64,000 nt of DNA from an uncultured Bacteroidales bacterium (lineage in GTDB: Bacteria; Bacteroidota; Bacteroidia; Bacteroidales; UBA932), in contig CAMJHF010000007.1 in the NCBI GenBank assembly GCA_946405435.1, positions 20,473 to 84,472 of the forward strand, given 5' to 3'. Every line of letters begins with the position of its first letter. The first letter of the stretch is position 1. The notes below the pieces were generated by a model. The model was not told the DNA's origin. It saw nothing but the letters and a program-made list of their open reading frames with translations, and made no database searches. The translations under genes and the position numbers were made by a program. This document shows positions 1 through 9,359 of this stretch, in pieces.

Positions 1-1461
1 CGCATGTCCGGCTTCATAGAGAAGCGCTGCGCCGAGTTCGGAATAAGCAACCCCAACTTCGGTCCCAACCCTACCCGTTTCTACGATGTCTTCGGCGAGC
101 AGGGCCATCCTATGCGCACCACCATTTCCAATATGGGCCCCCAGCTCCTCAGCCGCCTTATGGGACTCAACGAGGTCCAGTCCGGAGTGCTCGACATCAT
201 ATTCAAGGTTGCGGACGACAAGGGCCTGCTGCTGATCGACCTCAAAGACCTCCGTTCCATGCTTGCCTATGTGGATGAGCATGCCGCGGAGCTCCGCGCC
301 GACTACGGAAACGTCACCTCCATGACGATAGGGGCCATCCAGCGTGCCCTACTCGGCCTGGAAAACGAAGGCGCAGAGAAATTCTTCGCCGAGCCTTCTT
401 TCGACATCCAGGACCTTTTTGCCGTAGAAAACGGCAGGGGAGTCATGAGCGTCCTTGCAGCTGACAAGCTGATGATGAATCCAAAGCTGTATTCCACGTT
501 CCTTCTGTGGCTCATGTCGGATATCTACGCCCGCCTGCCGGAAATTGGCGATCCCGAGCTTCCCAAGCTGGTGTTCTTCTTCGACGAGGCCCACACCCTG
601 TTCACGGACACGGCTCCCGCCCTTGTGCAAAAAATCGAACAGGTCATACGCCTGATACGAAGCAAAGGCGTGGGCATCTACTTTGTCACCCAGAATCCCA
701 CCGATATTCCCGACTCCATTCTCGGACAGCTGGGAAACCGCATACAGCATGCCCTCCGTGCCTATACTCCCAAGGACCAGAAGGCCGTCCGCAGCGCCGC
801 AGAGACTTTCCGCCCCAATCCCGCATTCAAGGCGGCAGAGGCTATATCCACCCTCGAAACCGGCGAGGCCCTGGTAAGTTTCCTCGACGAAAAGGGCGCT
901 CCCTCCATGGTCGAGCGCGCACGTATCCTCTTCCCCCTGAGCCAGATAGGGGCCATTACCGAAGGCCAGAGGCTCGATATCCGCAATTCTTCCCCGGTAA
1001 GGGGCAAATACGATACTGTCATCGACCGTGAGTCCGCGTTTGAGATTCTGCTCGCCGACAGAAAGCGCGCAGAAGAGATCCAGGCCCAGCAGCAGGAGGC
1101 AATAGAAAGGCAGAAGGCCGAAGCCGAAGAGGCTCGCCGCCAGCGCGAACTGGCCAGGGAACAGCAGGCGTTGGAAAAGCAACGGGCCGCAGCCGAGAAG
1201 CAGCAGTCCAAAACCAAGAAGGCGACCAAGGCCGGTCTAGGCACCGTGGTAATGGGGGCCGCCATCGGAGCCGCTGTGTCCAGCCTGTCGCGCAGTGCAG
1301 GCAACGCCGCCGCAGACGCAATCACCGGCAAGAACCGCAACGCCGATGGCACCAAAAAGAAGAAGACAGGCAAAAGTGCCGGAGAGAAAGCCGTCTCGAG
1401 TGCCGCAAGTTCCGCAATCCGTACATTTGCAAGAAGCATTCTCGGCAGCCTTATCAAATAG
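1..1461 (+). CDS. DUF853 / HerA-like P-loop ATPase (YjgR family), 5'-truncated by the window
   Basis: Motifs DVFGEQGHPMRTTISNMGP, Walker B LVFFFDEAH, RLIRSKGVG and QLGNRIQHALRA; C-terminal coiled coil. The frame is open from base 1. Confidence 0.9.
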   Translation, partial: RMSGFIEKRCAEFGISNPNFGPNPTRFYDVFGEQGHPMRTTISNMGPQLLSRLMGLNEVQSGVLDIIFKVADDKGLLLIDLKDLRSMLAYVDEHAAELRADYGNVTSMTIGAIQRALLGLENEGAEKFFAEPSFDIQDLFAVENGRGVMSVLAADKLMMNPKLYSTFLLWLMSDIYARLPEIGDPELPKLVFFFDEAHTLFTDTAPALVQKIEQVIRLIRSKGVGIYFVTQNPTDIPDSILGQLGNRIQHALRAYTPKDQKAVRSAAETFRPNPAFKAAEAISTLETGEALVSFLDEKGAPSMVERARILFPLSQIGAITEGQRLDIRNSSPVRGKYDTVIDRESAFEILLADRKRAEEIQAQQQEAIERQKAEAEEARRQRELAREQQALEKQRAAAEKQQSKTKKATKAGLGTVVMGAAIGAAVSSLSRSAGNAAADAITGKNRNADGTKKKKTGKSAGEKAVSSAASSAIRTFARSILGSLIK

Positions 1462-1465
1462 ACAG

Positions 1466-2755
1466 GTGCGCCGTCTGACGTGCATAATATCGTTGATCCT
1501 GTGCACCGGCATACTGGCCGGAGCGCAGGATCCGCTGCCTCTGCAGGAGTCTGATCTCAAGTTCGTCGACAGCCAGAAAGGTTTCAAACAGGGGCTTTAT
1601 GTCATACCGTTGCCCGTTTTGAGCTACAGTTCAGACCTTGGCCTGCAGTACGGCGCCTATGTCGATATGTATGACTATGGCAGGGAACCATCCATTTTCC
1701 CGCGCTATTTTCATCATTTTCATGTAGAGGCCTCGCACTATACCAAGGGCCAGACATTCGTGTATGGCGAATACGAGTCTGAATTCCTGATTCCGGGGGT
1801 GCGTTTCATAACGTCGCTTACCTGGCAGAATGATCCTTTGTACCAGTTCTACGGCTTCAATGGTTCGGTCACCCCGTACGACCGGACACTGGACCGTCGG
1901 GAAGGCGTAGCTTATTATTGCTACCGCCGCGACATGTTGAGGTTCCTGGCTTCGTTTCAGGGCCGCCTTGGCAGGAACTGGGGCTGGATGGCCGCGCTCA
2001 ATATGCGCCGTATCCGTTCCGGAGACCTCGATTTCGACGCTTACGATTCTTCAAATACCCTTTTCCATAAGTATACCGGGGAGGGGCTTATACATGAGGA
2101 CGAGTTGTCCGGAGCCTTGTGCGAGTTCCTGGGAGGAGTCAAATACGACACCAGGGATTTCGAGCCGGATCCTTCTTCCGGAGTGTGGGGAGAATTGTAC
2201 CTGAACGGGTCGCCGGATTTGTTCTCCACAGGGTATCCCTACCTCAAGGCCGCGCTGCGCTGGAGGCATTACATTACGCCGGGGCCGACCTGGCTCACTC
2301 TGGCTTATCATCTTGGCTATCAGACAACTCTGCTTGGAAATCCACCGTTCTACGTCGAGCAGAACATCAGCACCATACAGGTACGGCAGGGTTGTGCCGA
2401 AGGGCTTGGCGGCATCAATACGCTCAGGGGTGTATTGGGCAACAGGCTTGTGGGCGATGCTTATGCTTGGGCCAATTTTGAAATACGCCTCAGGATCCTG
2501 CAGTTCAATCTTGCAGGAATAGATTTTGCTGTGAGTCTTAATCCGTTCTTCGACACCGGAATGATTGTGAAACCATTCAGGCTGGCGGACAGCCAGGAGT
2601 TGCTTCGCCTTGCACGCATTCTTCACTGCAGTGCGGGTACCGGGCTGAAGCTGGGAATGGACAGCAATTTTATGATGTCGGTTGAATGGGGAATGCCCTT
2701 TAGAAGTGACGACGGGCGCTCAAGTTTGTATTTTGCATTAAATTACATCTTCTGA
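1466..2755 (+). CDS. Omp85 (BamA/TamA superfamily) outer-membrane beta-barrel without POTRA domains
   Basis: GTG start at 1466 gives signal peptide RRLTCIISLILCTGILAGA-Q. It has PVLSYSSDLGLQYG, a GLGGINTLRG (VRG-like) loop and a C-terminal aromatic beta-signal LNYIF. Confidence 0.75.
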   Translation: MRRLTCIISLILCTGILAGAQDPLPLQESDLKFVDSQKGFKQGLYVIPLPVLSYSSDLGLQYGAYVDMYDYGREPSIFPRYFHHFHVEASHYTKGQTFVYGEYESEFLIPGVRFITSLTWQNDPLYQFYGFNGSVTPYDRTLDRREGVAYYCYRRDMLRFLASFQGRLGRNWGWMAALNMRRIRSGDLDFDAYDSSNTLFHKYTGEGLIHEDELSGALCEFLGGVKYDTRDFEPDPSSGVWGELYLNGSPDLFSTGYPYLKAALRWRHYITPGPTWLTLAYHLGYQTTLLGNPPFYVEQNISTIQVRQGCAEGLGGINTLRGVLGNRLVGDAYAWANFEIRLRILQFNLAGIDFAVSLNPFFDTGMIVKPFRLADSQELLRLARILHCSAGTGLKLGMDSNFMMSVEWGMPFRSDDGRSSLYFALNYIF

Positions 2756-2756
2756 T

Positions 2757-3962
2757 ATGAAGAGATTGTTTATATTTATACTGGCATTCTTGTGCTGTTT
2801 TTCTTCCTGTAAACGCCGAGGCGGCGACACCGGTGGGACGCCAGTCCAGAAGGATACTGTGTACCCTTTGAGGTTTTGTACGGAAGATTTTGTCGTTGAC
2901 TCCACGCTGGTGCGCGACGGAGAAACTTTCTCCGGTCTGATGGGAAGGCTCGGCCTTGGCGCCAAAGACAGTTACGTGCTCAGCGAGGCGTTGGACAGCG
3001 TGTTCGACGTCAGGAAGATGCGCGCAGGAAACAGCCTGGAGGCATATTACGCTGCGGATTCCACGCGCTCTCTTGAGTATGTGGTGTACCACAACGACCG
3101 CGTGCGCAGTACAGTTTTCAAGTGCAGGGATTCCCTGTATGCTTGGATTTATGACAAGCCTGTTGCCAGTGAACGCAGGATAACCGATGTCACAATCAAC
3201 AGCTCTTTGTGGAATGACATGCGTGCGGCAGGCGCATCTCCTCTCCTGATTGTCAATCTCGCCGATATCTATGCGTGGACCGTAAACTTCTTCGGCCTTC
3301 AGGAAGGGGACCGGTTCCGCGTCATTTACGATCAGACTGTTTGCAACGGCGAAGTGGTCAAGATAGACAGCGTCGAGTTCGCCCTGTATGACAGCGGCAA
3401 GTTCCGGGCCGGCGCAATTCGTTTCGACCAGGGCGACGGAGGCAACAAATATTGGAACGAGAAAGGTGAGAGCCTGCGCAAGGCGTTCCTGAAGGCTCCG
3501 CTTCAGTATACCCGCATCAGCAGCCGCTTCACCTACAAGCGCAAGCATCCTATCACCGGCAAGGTAAGGCCCCATACCGCAGTGGATTACGCTGCTCCTA
3601 CCGGCACTCCGGTGCACAGTATCGGCGACGGCACCATTACCTTGTGCGGCTGGGACGGCTCCGGAGGCGGCAACCGCATCAAGATACGCCACATGAACGG
3701 CTACGAAACATGCTATATGCACCTGTCAAAGTTCGCCTCTGGCATGAAGGCCGGCGTGCGCGTAGCTCAGGGCGATGTTATTGGATACGTTGGGTCTACG
3801 GGCCATTCTACCGGGCCCCATCTGGATTTCAGGGTGTGGAAAGACGGTACGCCGATCGACCCGCTTTCCATGATTTCTCCTCCTTCGGAGCCCCTGAAGA
3901 GCGAAAACCTGGATTCGCTCGGCAAGATGTATAAAGCTTATCTAAAAGAAATCGGGGAATGA
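2757..3962 (+). CDS. M23 family peptidoglycan DD-endopeptidase (MepM/LytM-like lipoprotein)
   Basis: HTAVDYAAP (HxxxD), YMHL and STGPHLDF zinc motifs; lipobox FSSC. Confidence 0.9.
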   Translation: MKRLFIFILAFLCCFSSCKRRGGDTGGTPVQKDTVYPLRFCTEDFVVDSTLVRDGETFSGLMGRLGLGAKDSYVLSEALDSVFDVRKMRAGNSLEAYYAADSTRSLEYVVYHNDRVRSTVFKCRDSLYAWIYDKPVASERRITDVTINSSLWNDMRAAGASPLLIVNLADIYAWTVNFFGLQEGDRFRVIYDQTVCNGEVVKIDSVEFALYDSGKFRAGAIRFDQGDGGNKYWNEKGESLRKAFLKAPLQYTRISSRFTYKRKHPITGKVRPHTAVDYAAPTGTPVHSIGDGTITLCGWDGSGGGNRIKIRHMNGYETCYMHLSKFASGMKAGVRVAQGDVIGYVGSTGHSTGPHLDFRVWKDGTPIDPLSMISPPSEPLKSENLDSLGKMYKAYLKEIGE

Positions 3963-4612
3963 CAATCGAGCCGGTAGCGTACTTTCGGTCTCCGCTGAAA
4001 GAGAAGTTCGGGGTTCCGCGTCAACCCGGCCTGGTGCCGTCTTTGACGGGAGAAGTGCGTTTTGTGCATCCTTATGATTCTCCAGACGCCCTGAAAGGGC
4101 TTGAAGGCTTTGATTATTGCTGGCTTTTGTGGGAGTTTTCGCTCAACCGGAAAGAAACGGTATCCCTTACAGTCCGTCCTCCCAGGCTTGGAGGCAATGA
4201 ACGTGTGGGAGTATTTGCAAGCCGTTCGCCGTACCGGCCGAATCCAATCGGGCTTTCCTGCGTAAAAATTGAATCGGTGGGCAGGGGAGTCATAGTGGTG
4301 TCCGGTGCAGACCTTGCAGACGGAACCCCGGTTTTTGATGTGAAGCCCTATGTGGAGTATTCAGACAGCCATAGTGGAATCCGGTGTGGATTTGTCGATT
4401 ATGCTGCCTGGTATCCACTGGAGGTTGAGATTCCTCAGCCGCTTGCCGATACTCTAGGCGCCCAGGACTGCATGGTGCTGAAAGAGCTTCTGGCACAGGA
4501 CCCACGTCCCGGCTATCACGATGATGCGGAACGTGTCTACGGCATGTCTTTCGGCCGGTATAATGTAAAATTTAGGGTAGAAGGGCAAAAAGTTCTTGTG
4601 CTGTCCGTATAA
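3959..4612 (+). CDS. trmO: tRNA (t6A37) N6-methyltransferase TrmO
   Basis: KFGVPRQPG, VRPPRLGGNERVGVFASRSPYRPNPIGLS, DGTPVFDVKPY and QDPRP motifs. Confidence 0.92.
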   Translation: MTIEPVAYFRSPLKEKFGVPRQPGLVPSLTGEVRFVHPYDSPDALKGLEGFDYCWLLWEFSLNRKETVSLTVRPPRLGGNERVGVFASRSPYRPNPIGLSCVKIESVGRGVIVVSGADLADGTPVFDVKPYVEYSDSHSGIRCGFVDYAAWYPLEVEIPQPLADTLGAQDCMVLKELLAQDPRPGYHDDAERVYGMSFGRYNVKFRVEGQKVLVLSV

Positions 4613-4617
4613 AGTGT

Positions 4618-4625
4618 TATTTTTG
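4618..4625 (+). promoter_or_regulatory. Bacteroidetes sigma-A -7 promoter element (TATTTTTG), 6 nt before the ATG
   Basis: Matches the TAnnTTTG consensus. Confidence 0.6.
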
Positions 4626-4631
4626 CATTCT

Positions 4632-5816
4632 ATGCAGATTACCATAAAAGAGTTGTTGAGTGCCCGCACGCGCGAGGAGATTCTTGCCACGCTGGATTAT
4701 TTCAACGCCCTGCCGCGCAGGCAGGGGCGGAAAGAGGATCTTGTCAAAGCCCTCATAGCTTATCTGTCGTCGGATCCCAAGGTCTGGCTTTCCCAGCTTA
4801 TGGAGTGCGACCTGCGTCTGCTCAAGAGACTCTGCGACGCCGGCCCCGACAATTCTGTCGATATAATCCCTGCGGATTTTCCCACGGTGGTCGAAGTCCT
4901 GCACTTCGTGGATTCCTCAAAGTCAGACCGCGAAGACATGCTTCGTGTGAGTATCCCGAGAGCATTTTATGATTTGATATCCAAAGAAATAGATTCTGTC
5001 ATCTCAAGAAAGGAAGAAGATGGTTCGTTCCATCTGGAGCACCTCATTCTCGGAGCTGTCAACATCTACGGAGTGGTTCCGCTGAGGACCTTTGTCGACA
5101 GTATTTTCACCGATTTCGAGACTATTGAAGAGGTGCGTGCCTTCGCTGGTTCGGTTGCCAGGAATCCCATGATGCGCCTTTTCCAGGAGGAATATATGGG
5201 AGAGAGTTACATGATTTCCCCTGATGTGGAGAACATGGATGAACTGATGAAGAAACGCAAGAAGTATCATAAATACTCGAGGCGCTATGCAAAGTCCTCA
5301 CTGGATATGGCCATATCTTGTGGGCTGGACTCGCCGTTCTGCTTTTTCGGCCGCGACACCGAGGAGGGGAAGGCTCTGCTCGGCATGCTCGAGGCGCTTG
5401 GATATGTAGGTGAAGATCTTACCTATACGGCTCACTTGGTCTGGATCAACTCTCAGTATGAGCCTGATATGCGTAATCTTGAGCTGCTGCTCTCTCCCTT
5501 GACCGAAGCGGCTGCTGACATTGTGGATTATGACCAGTTCGTGCAGTATGCCCAGATTATCCTGAATTATGCCAACAGCGCTCCCAAATGGCTGCTCAAG
5601 GGGCATAGCGCGAAAGAAAGCGGGCAGATGCTTTACTACCTGCCCGAAAACATGTTCTCGGAATTGTTCGATTATTCAGATGTCCTGGAGGGTGATGAGG
5701 AAGTCCTGCGGCTGTTCGATTCCGTCAATAAAGTGCGCCCGGTGGCTCCTGATGCGCCATGCCCTTGCGGCAGTGGTCTGTCGTATCGCCTGTGTCATGG
5801 GCGGCACTTCAGTTAA
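4632..5816 (+). CDS. SEC-C motif domain protein
   Basis: C-terminal APCPCGSGLSYRLCHG and an NSAPKWLLKGHS motif typical of this family. ATG 4632 chosen because it follows the promoter. Confidence 0.75.
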   Translation: MQITIKELLSARTREEILATLDYFNALPRRQGRKEDLVKALIAYLSSDPKVWLSQLMECDLRLLKRLCDAGPDNSVDIIPADFPTVVEVLHFVDSSKSDREDMLRVSIPRAFYDLISKEIDSVISRKEEDGSFHLEHLILGAVNIYGVVPLRTFVDSIFTDFETIEEVRAFAGSVARNPMMRLFQEEYMGESYMISPDVENMDELMKKRKKYHKYSRRYAKSSLDMAISCGLDSPFCFFGRDTEEGKALLGMLEALGYVGEDLTYTAHLVWINSQYEPDMRNLELLLSPLTEAAADIVDYDQFVQYAQIILNYANSAPKWLLKGHSAKESGQMLYYLPENMFSELFDYSDVLEGDEEVLRLFDSVNKVRPVAPDAPCPCGSGLSYRLCHGRHFS

Positions 5817-5832
5817 AGCAGCTAATCGTTAA

Positions 5833-6282
5833 TTACTTAACGGCCTTTACCGACAGTTTCTCTTCAAGGTATTTTGCCCATTTTCCCACAGCGTCGTCAT
5901 CCTTGGCAATGACTGTGGCTATGAGCAATGCGCCCTTGAGAATCTCGACGCACATGAGCAGCATGATCGCTCCGTTCTCGCATTCTCCGGAGAAACCGTA
6001 GGCCTTCTTGTGCTTGAAGCTCCATTCGGCGATGGGATTATCCTCGTCATCTTCTTCATCCCATCCCACAATGTCGGCGTAATTGGCGTAGGCTTCATCC
6101 TCTGCCGTGGTGTCGGAAGGCATGTCACCTACATAGATGTCCATAAAAGCCTCGTCGTCAGCTCCGCCGTCCTGGGGCAGATGGCACTCTACGTGTGTGA
6201 TCAGGGCGCCGTCTATCTCTTCATACCTGTCCTGCTCGACGCTCCATGCAGGGGAGAGAGGTATGTCTACGTCGTACGACAT
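5833..6282 (-). CDS. Hypothetical acidic protein (149 aa)
   Basis: Clean ORF starting 2 nt after the stop of the upstream peptidase; D/E-rich. Confidence 0.7.
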   Translation of the reverse strand: MSYDVDIPLSPAWSVEQDRYEEIDGALITHVECHLPQDGGADDEAFMDIYVGDMPSDTTAEDEAYANYADIVGWDEEDDEDNPIAEWSFKHKKAYGFSGECENGAIMLLMCVEILKGALLIATVIAKDDDAVGKWAKYLEEKLSVKAVK

Positions 6283-6284
6283 GG

Positions 6285-7145
6285 CTAAAGCTGGCTGTAA
6301 GATATTGAGAAAGTGTCTCCTGCGGCAGGATTGCCGGTAGTGTAGCCTTTCTTGAGCCAGCGTGCGCGCTGCTCGGATGTGCCGTGGTTGAAAGCGTCGG
6401 GTACGGTATAACCATATGCCTTTTTCTGCAGATAGTCGTCGCCGATTTTGGATGCGACGGCAAGTCCTTCCTCAAGGTCGCCGATTTCGAGCGAACGGAA
6501 CATTTTGTTGTCGTGGTGGGCCCATACGCCGGCATAAAAGTCGGCTTGGAGTTCGAGTCGTACGCTTATCTGGTTGGATTCCTTTTCGCTCACGCGCTGC
6601 ATCTGGCGGTGCGCCTGCTGGAGCGTTCCCAAGAGGTACTGGACATGATGCCCGACCTCGTGGGCGATGACATAAGCGTATGCAAAATCGCCGTCGGCAC
6701 CTATCTGCTGCTTCATTGAGGAGAAGAAGGAAAGGTCTATGTAAACCGTTTGGTCAGCGCTGCTGTAGAAAGGGCCTGTAGAGGCGGAAGCAGTGCCTGT
6801 AGAGGTCTGTACGTAGTCATTGTAGAGTACGAGACGTGGAGGTTCATAGGTTCTTCCGTTGGCTTTGAATATCTGTGACCACACGTCTTCGGTGCCTGCG
6901 AGGATCTGTTTCGAGAACACGGCCAGTTCTTCCTCTTCGGCGCTGGGGGTATAGGTGGTTTCCGTCTGGGTGGTGCCGTTCAGGGCTCCGGTCTGCTGGA
7001 GCACTTCTGTGGGATTGACTCCAAATACTAAATAAAGGATTCCGGCCAGCAGGATGCCTCCCAGGCCTATTCCGCCAGCTTTGCCTACCGAACGTCCGCG
7101 GCGGTCGTCGACGTTGGTGCTTTGTCTTCTGCCTTCTAGGTTCAT
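6285..7145 (-). CDS. YpfJ / KPN_02809 family neutral zinc metallopeptidase
   Basis: GRRQSTNVDDRRG N-terminus, one TM helix, TGPFY, YVIAHEVGHHVQ (HExxH), RLELQAD and HGTSEQR. Confidence 0.92.
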   Translation of the reverse strand: MNLEGRRQSTNVDDRRGRSVGKAGGIGLGGILLAGILYLVFGVNPTEVLQQTGALNGTTQTETTYTPSAEEEELAVFSKQILAGTEDVWSQIFKANGRTYEPPRLVLYNDYVQTSTGTASASTGPFYSSADQTVYIDLSFFSSMKQQIGADGDFAYAYVIAHEVGHHVQYLLGTLQQAHRQMQRVSEKESNQISVRLELQADFYAGVWAHHDNKMFRSLEIGDLEEGLAVASKIGDDYLQKKAYGYTVPDAFNHGTSEQRARWLKKGYTTGNPAAGDTFSISYSQL

Positions 7146-7235
7146 AACAATGATTTTTATATCACAAAAATACAAAATTATTCACTTAAAACATCAAAAA
7201 TCATTCAAGATAGGCGATTTTTATTTTAAGCGTTG

Positions 7236-7295
7236 TTAATCAATAGATAAAACAAATATGTTTATAGTATTAACATTTTTGTTAAGGGCATTTTT
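7236..7295 (+). repeat. 60-bp AT-rich element, copy 1 (48/60 identical, ungapped, to 37870-37929); contains a TTAACA-N4-TGTTAA palindrome
   Basis: Manual alignment; the 3' 25 nt match at 24/25 positions. Confidence 0.75.
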
Positions 7296-7330
7296 GCCTG
7301 GTTTTGGTTGCTTTTTCCTCTGATTTTTGC

Positions 7331-7338
7331 TATCTTTG
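7331..7338 (+). promoter_or_regulatory. Bacteroidetes -7 promoter (TATCTTTG) of the epimerase operon
   Basis: TAnnTTTG 6 nt upstream of ATG 7345. Confidence 0.65.
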
Positions 7339-7344
7339 ATAAAT

Positions 7345-8016
7345 ATGAAGAAAAGAATTATATCTGTTTCCGTCATGTGCTCCGACCTTATGAATCTCGG
7401 GGCTGATATTGACACTCTCAAATCTCTTGGCGTCGACTGGCTTCATGTCGATGTCATGGATGCCCATTTCGTTCCCAACCTTACATTCGGGCCTGATTTC
7501 ATAAAGGCGATGCACGCCAGGACCACCCAACCCCTGGACATTCACCTTATGGTCACTGACCCGGAGCTCGCCCTCACCCATTTTGATCTTCGCAAAGGGG
7601 ACATCCTTACAGCGCATGTTGAACTCGACCGCAGCTACAAGGCGCTCAGTGAATCAGTAAGGGCGCAGGGATGCCTGTTCGGGCTTGCCGTGAACCCTGA
7701 AACCCCGGTGGAGTCTCTGGCGCCCCACAAAGGGCTTTTCGACACTGTGACTCTCATGCTGGTCCATCCCGGTTTTGCCGGTGCAAAGTTGGTCGACGGC
7801 ATAATGGACAAGGTGGCCGAAACCCGCAAGTGGTTGGATTCCAATGGTATGGAAGATGTCATGATAAGTGTGGACGGCAGCGTGAGCGCCGAACGCGCCG
7901 CGGCGATGGCAGCCATGGGAGCGCAGATATTCGTGGGCGGAACGGCAGGCATCTACCGCAAGGGCATGACACTAGAAGAAACAATTCCGGTTTTCAGAAA
8001 ATCTATTTCGATATGA
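7345..8016 (+). CDS. Ribulose-phosphate 3-epimerase family protein (AlsE-like)
   Basis: LHVDVMDAHFVPN, DIHLMV, MLVHPGFAG and SVDG motifs. SVMCSD and GGTAGIY resemble the allulose-6-P epimerase subfamily. Confidence 0.88.
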   Translation: MKKRIISVSVMCSDLMNLGADIDTLKSLGVDWLHVDVMDAHFVPNLTFGPDFIKAMHARTTQPLDIHLMVTDPELALTHFDLRKGDILTAHVELDRSYKALSESVRAQGCLFGLAVNPETPVESLAPHKGLFDTVTLMLVHPGFAGAKLVDGIMDKVAETRKWLDSNGMEDVMISVDGSVSAERAAAMAAMGAQIFVGGTAGIYRKGMTLEETIPVFRKSISI

Positions 8017-9356
8017 ACAAAATTGAACGCGCACTTCAGCGCACCACCGACACAAAGGACCTTGTCATAGGGCCCGGAGTAGTGTCCCAGACAGCCTCCA
8101 TGTTTCAGAAACTATTTCCTGGAGCTACTGCATTAATTATCGCAGATACAAATACTTGGGAGGTTGCAGGTAAAGCTGTTCTTCAATCTCTTGAGTCGGC
8201 CTCCGTCCCTCATGTCCAATCGTTTGTTTTCGACGATCCCGACCTTTATGCAGAATGGAAATTCGTCGAGCAACTTAAGGCGTACATGGAGCCTCTGGAT
8301 GTGATTGCAATAGCAGTGGGTTCTGGCGTCATCAACGACCTGACCAAATATACATCCCATATACTCGGCCGCAAGTATATGTGTGTCGGTACGGCCGCAT
8401 CCATGGACGGCTACACCGCGTACGGCGCTTCCATCACCAAGGACGGCAACAAGCAGACCTTCAACTGTCCGGCTCCTTACGGATTCGTCATGGACCCGGT
8501 CATCGCAGCAGATGCGCCCAAAGAACTTGCGGCTTCCGGCTATGCGGATCTGATTGCCAAGATTCCCGCCGGAGCCGACTGGATGCTTGCCGATGCCGTC
8601 GGGGCAGAAGCGATCGACCCCTTCGGTTGGGACCTTGTCCAGGACGGCTTGAGGGAATCTCTGAGCGCCCCTGCAGCCGTGCACGCCGGCGATGTGGAAA
8701 TGACGGAAAAACTCTCCGAAGGCCTTTTGATGAGCGGTTTTGCCATGCAGGCCATCCACAGCAGCCGCCCTGCATCCGGTACAGAGCATCAGTTCTCTCA
8801 CTATTGGGATATGGAGAATCTGGCCTATCCCAACGGCAAACATGTCTCTCATGGTTTCAAAGTCGGCATAGGCACCCTGGCCAGTACGGCTTCCCTGGAG
8901 TTCCTGCTCGAAAAGGACCTCGAAAATCTGGATGTGGACAAATGTGTGGCTGCATGGAAGAGCTGGGACGAAACCGAGGCTGAAATCCGCACCATTTTTG
9001 AAGGCAAGCCCGGGCATCTGGCCCGCGGCCTTGAAGAGACCAGGGGAAAATACGTGGACAAGGAAGGATTGCGCAAGCAGCTCGAGGCTCTCAAGACCGC
9101 CTGGCCCGAACTCCGGGAAAAAATACGCGCCCAGATCATTCCGTTCAACGAGGTTTATGAGAATCTCAAGCTCGTCGGCGCTCCATACGAGCCGGAGATG
9201 ATCTGCGTTGACCGTGAACGCATGCGCAGGACTTTCTCCGGGATTCCTTTCATGCGGAGCCGTTTTACAAACATAGACATAGTATACCGCCTGGGCCTCA
9301 TGCCGGAACTCGTCGAGCGTCTGTTCGGCAAGGGTGGTATCTGGGAAGTTAAGTAA
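8013..9356 (+). CDS. sn-glycerol-1-phosphate dehydrogenase (AraM/EgsA family)
   Basis: AVGSGVINDLTKY, TAASMDGYT, SRPASGTEHQFSHYWDM and HGFKVG. ATGA overlap with the epimerase stop. Confidence 0.88.
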   Translation: MNKIERALQRTTDTKDLVIGPGVVSQTASMFQKLFPGATALIIADTNTWEVAGKAVLQSLESASVPHVQSFVFDDPDLYAEWKFVEQLKAYMEPLDVIAIAVGSGVINDLTKYTSHILGRKYMCVGTAASMDGYTAYGASITKDGNKQTFNCPAPYGFVMDPVIAADAPKELAASGYADLIAKIPAGADWMLADAVGAEAIDPFGWDLVQDGLRESLSAPAAVHAGDVEMTEKLSEGLLMSGFAMQAIHSSRPASGTEHQFSHYWDMENLAYPNGKHVSHGFKVGIGTLASTASLEFLLEKDLENLDVDKCVAAWKSWDETEAEIRTIFEGKPGHLARGLEETRGKYVDKEGLRKQLEALKTAWPELREKIRAQIIPFNEVYENLKLVGAPYEPEMICVDRERMRRTFSGIPFMRSRFTNIDIVYRLGLMPELVERLFGKGGIWEVK

Positions 9357-9359
9357 GTT

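Noticed and set aside
1295-1465. Long N-terminal extensions given by the ORF track (also 7830-8012, 31996-32091 and 62382-62492)
   Set aside because: They overlap neighbouring genes or promoters. Downstream starts give proper signal peptides or family N-termini.
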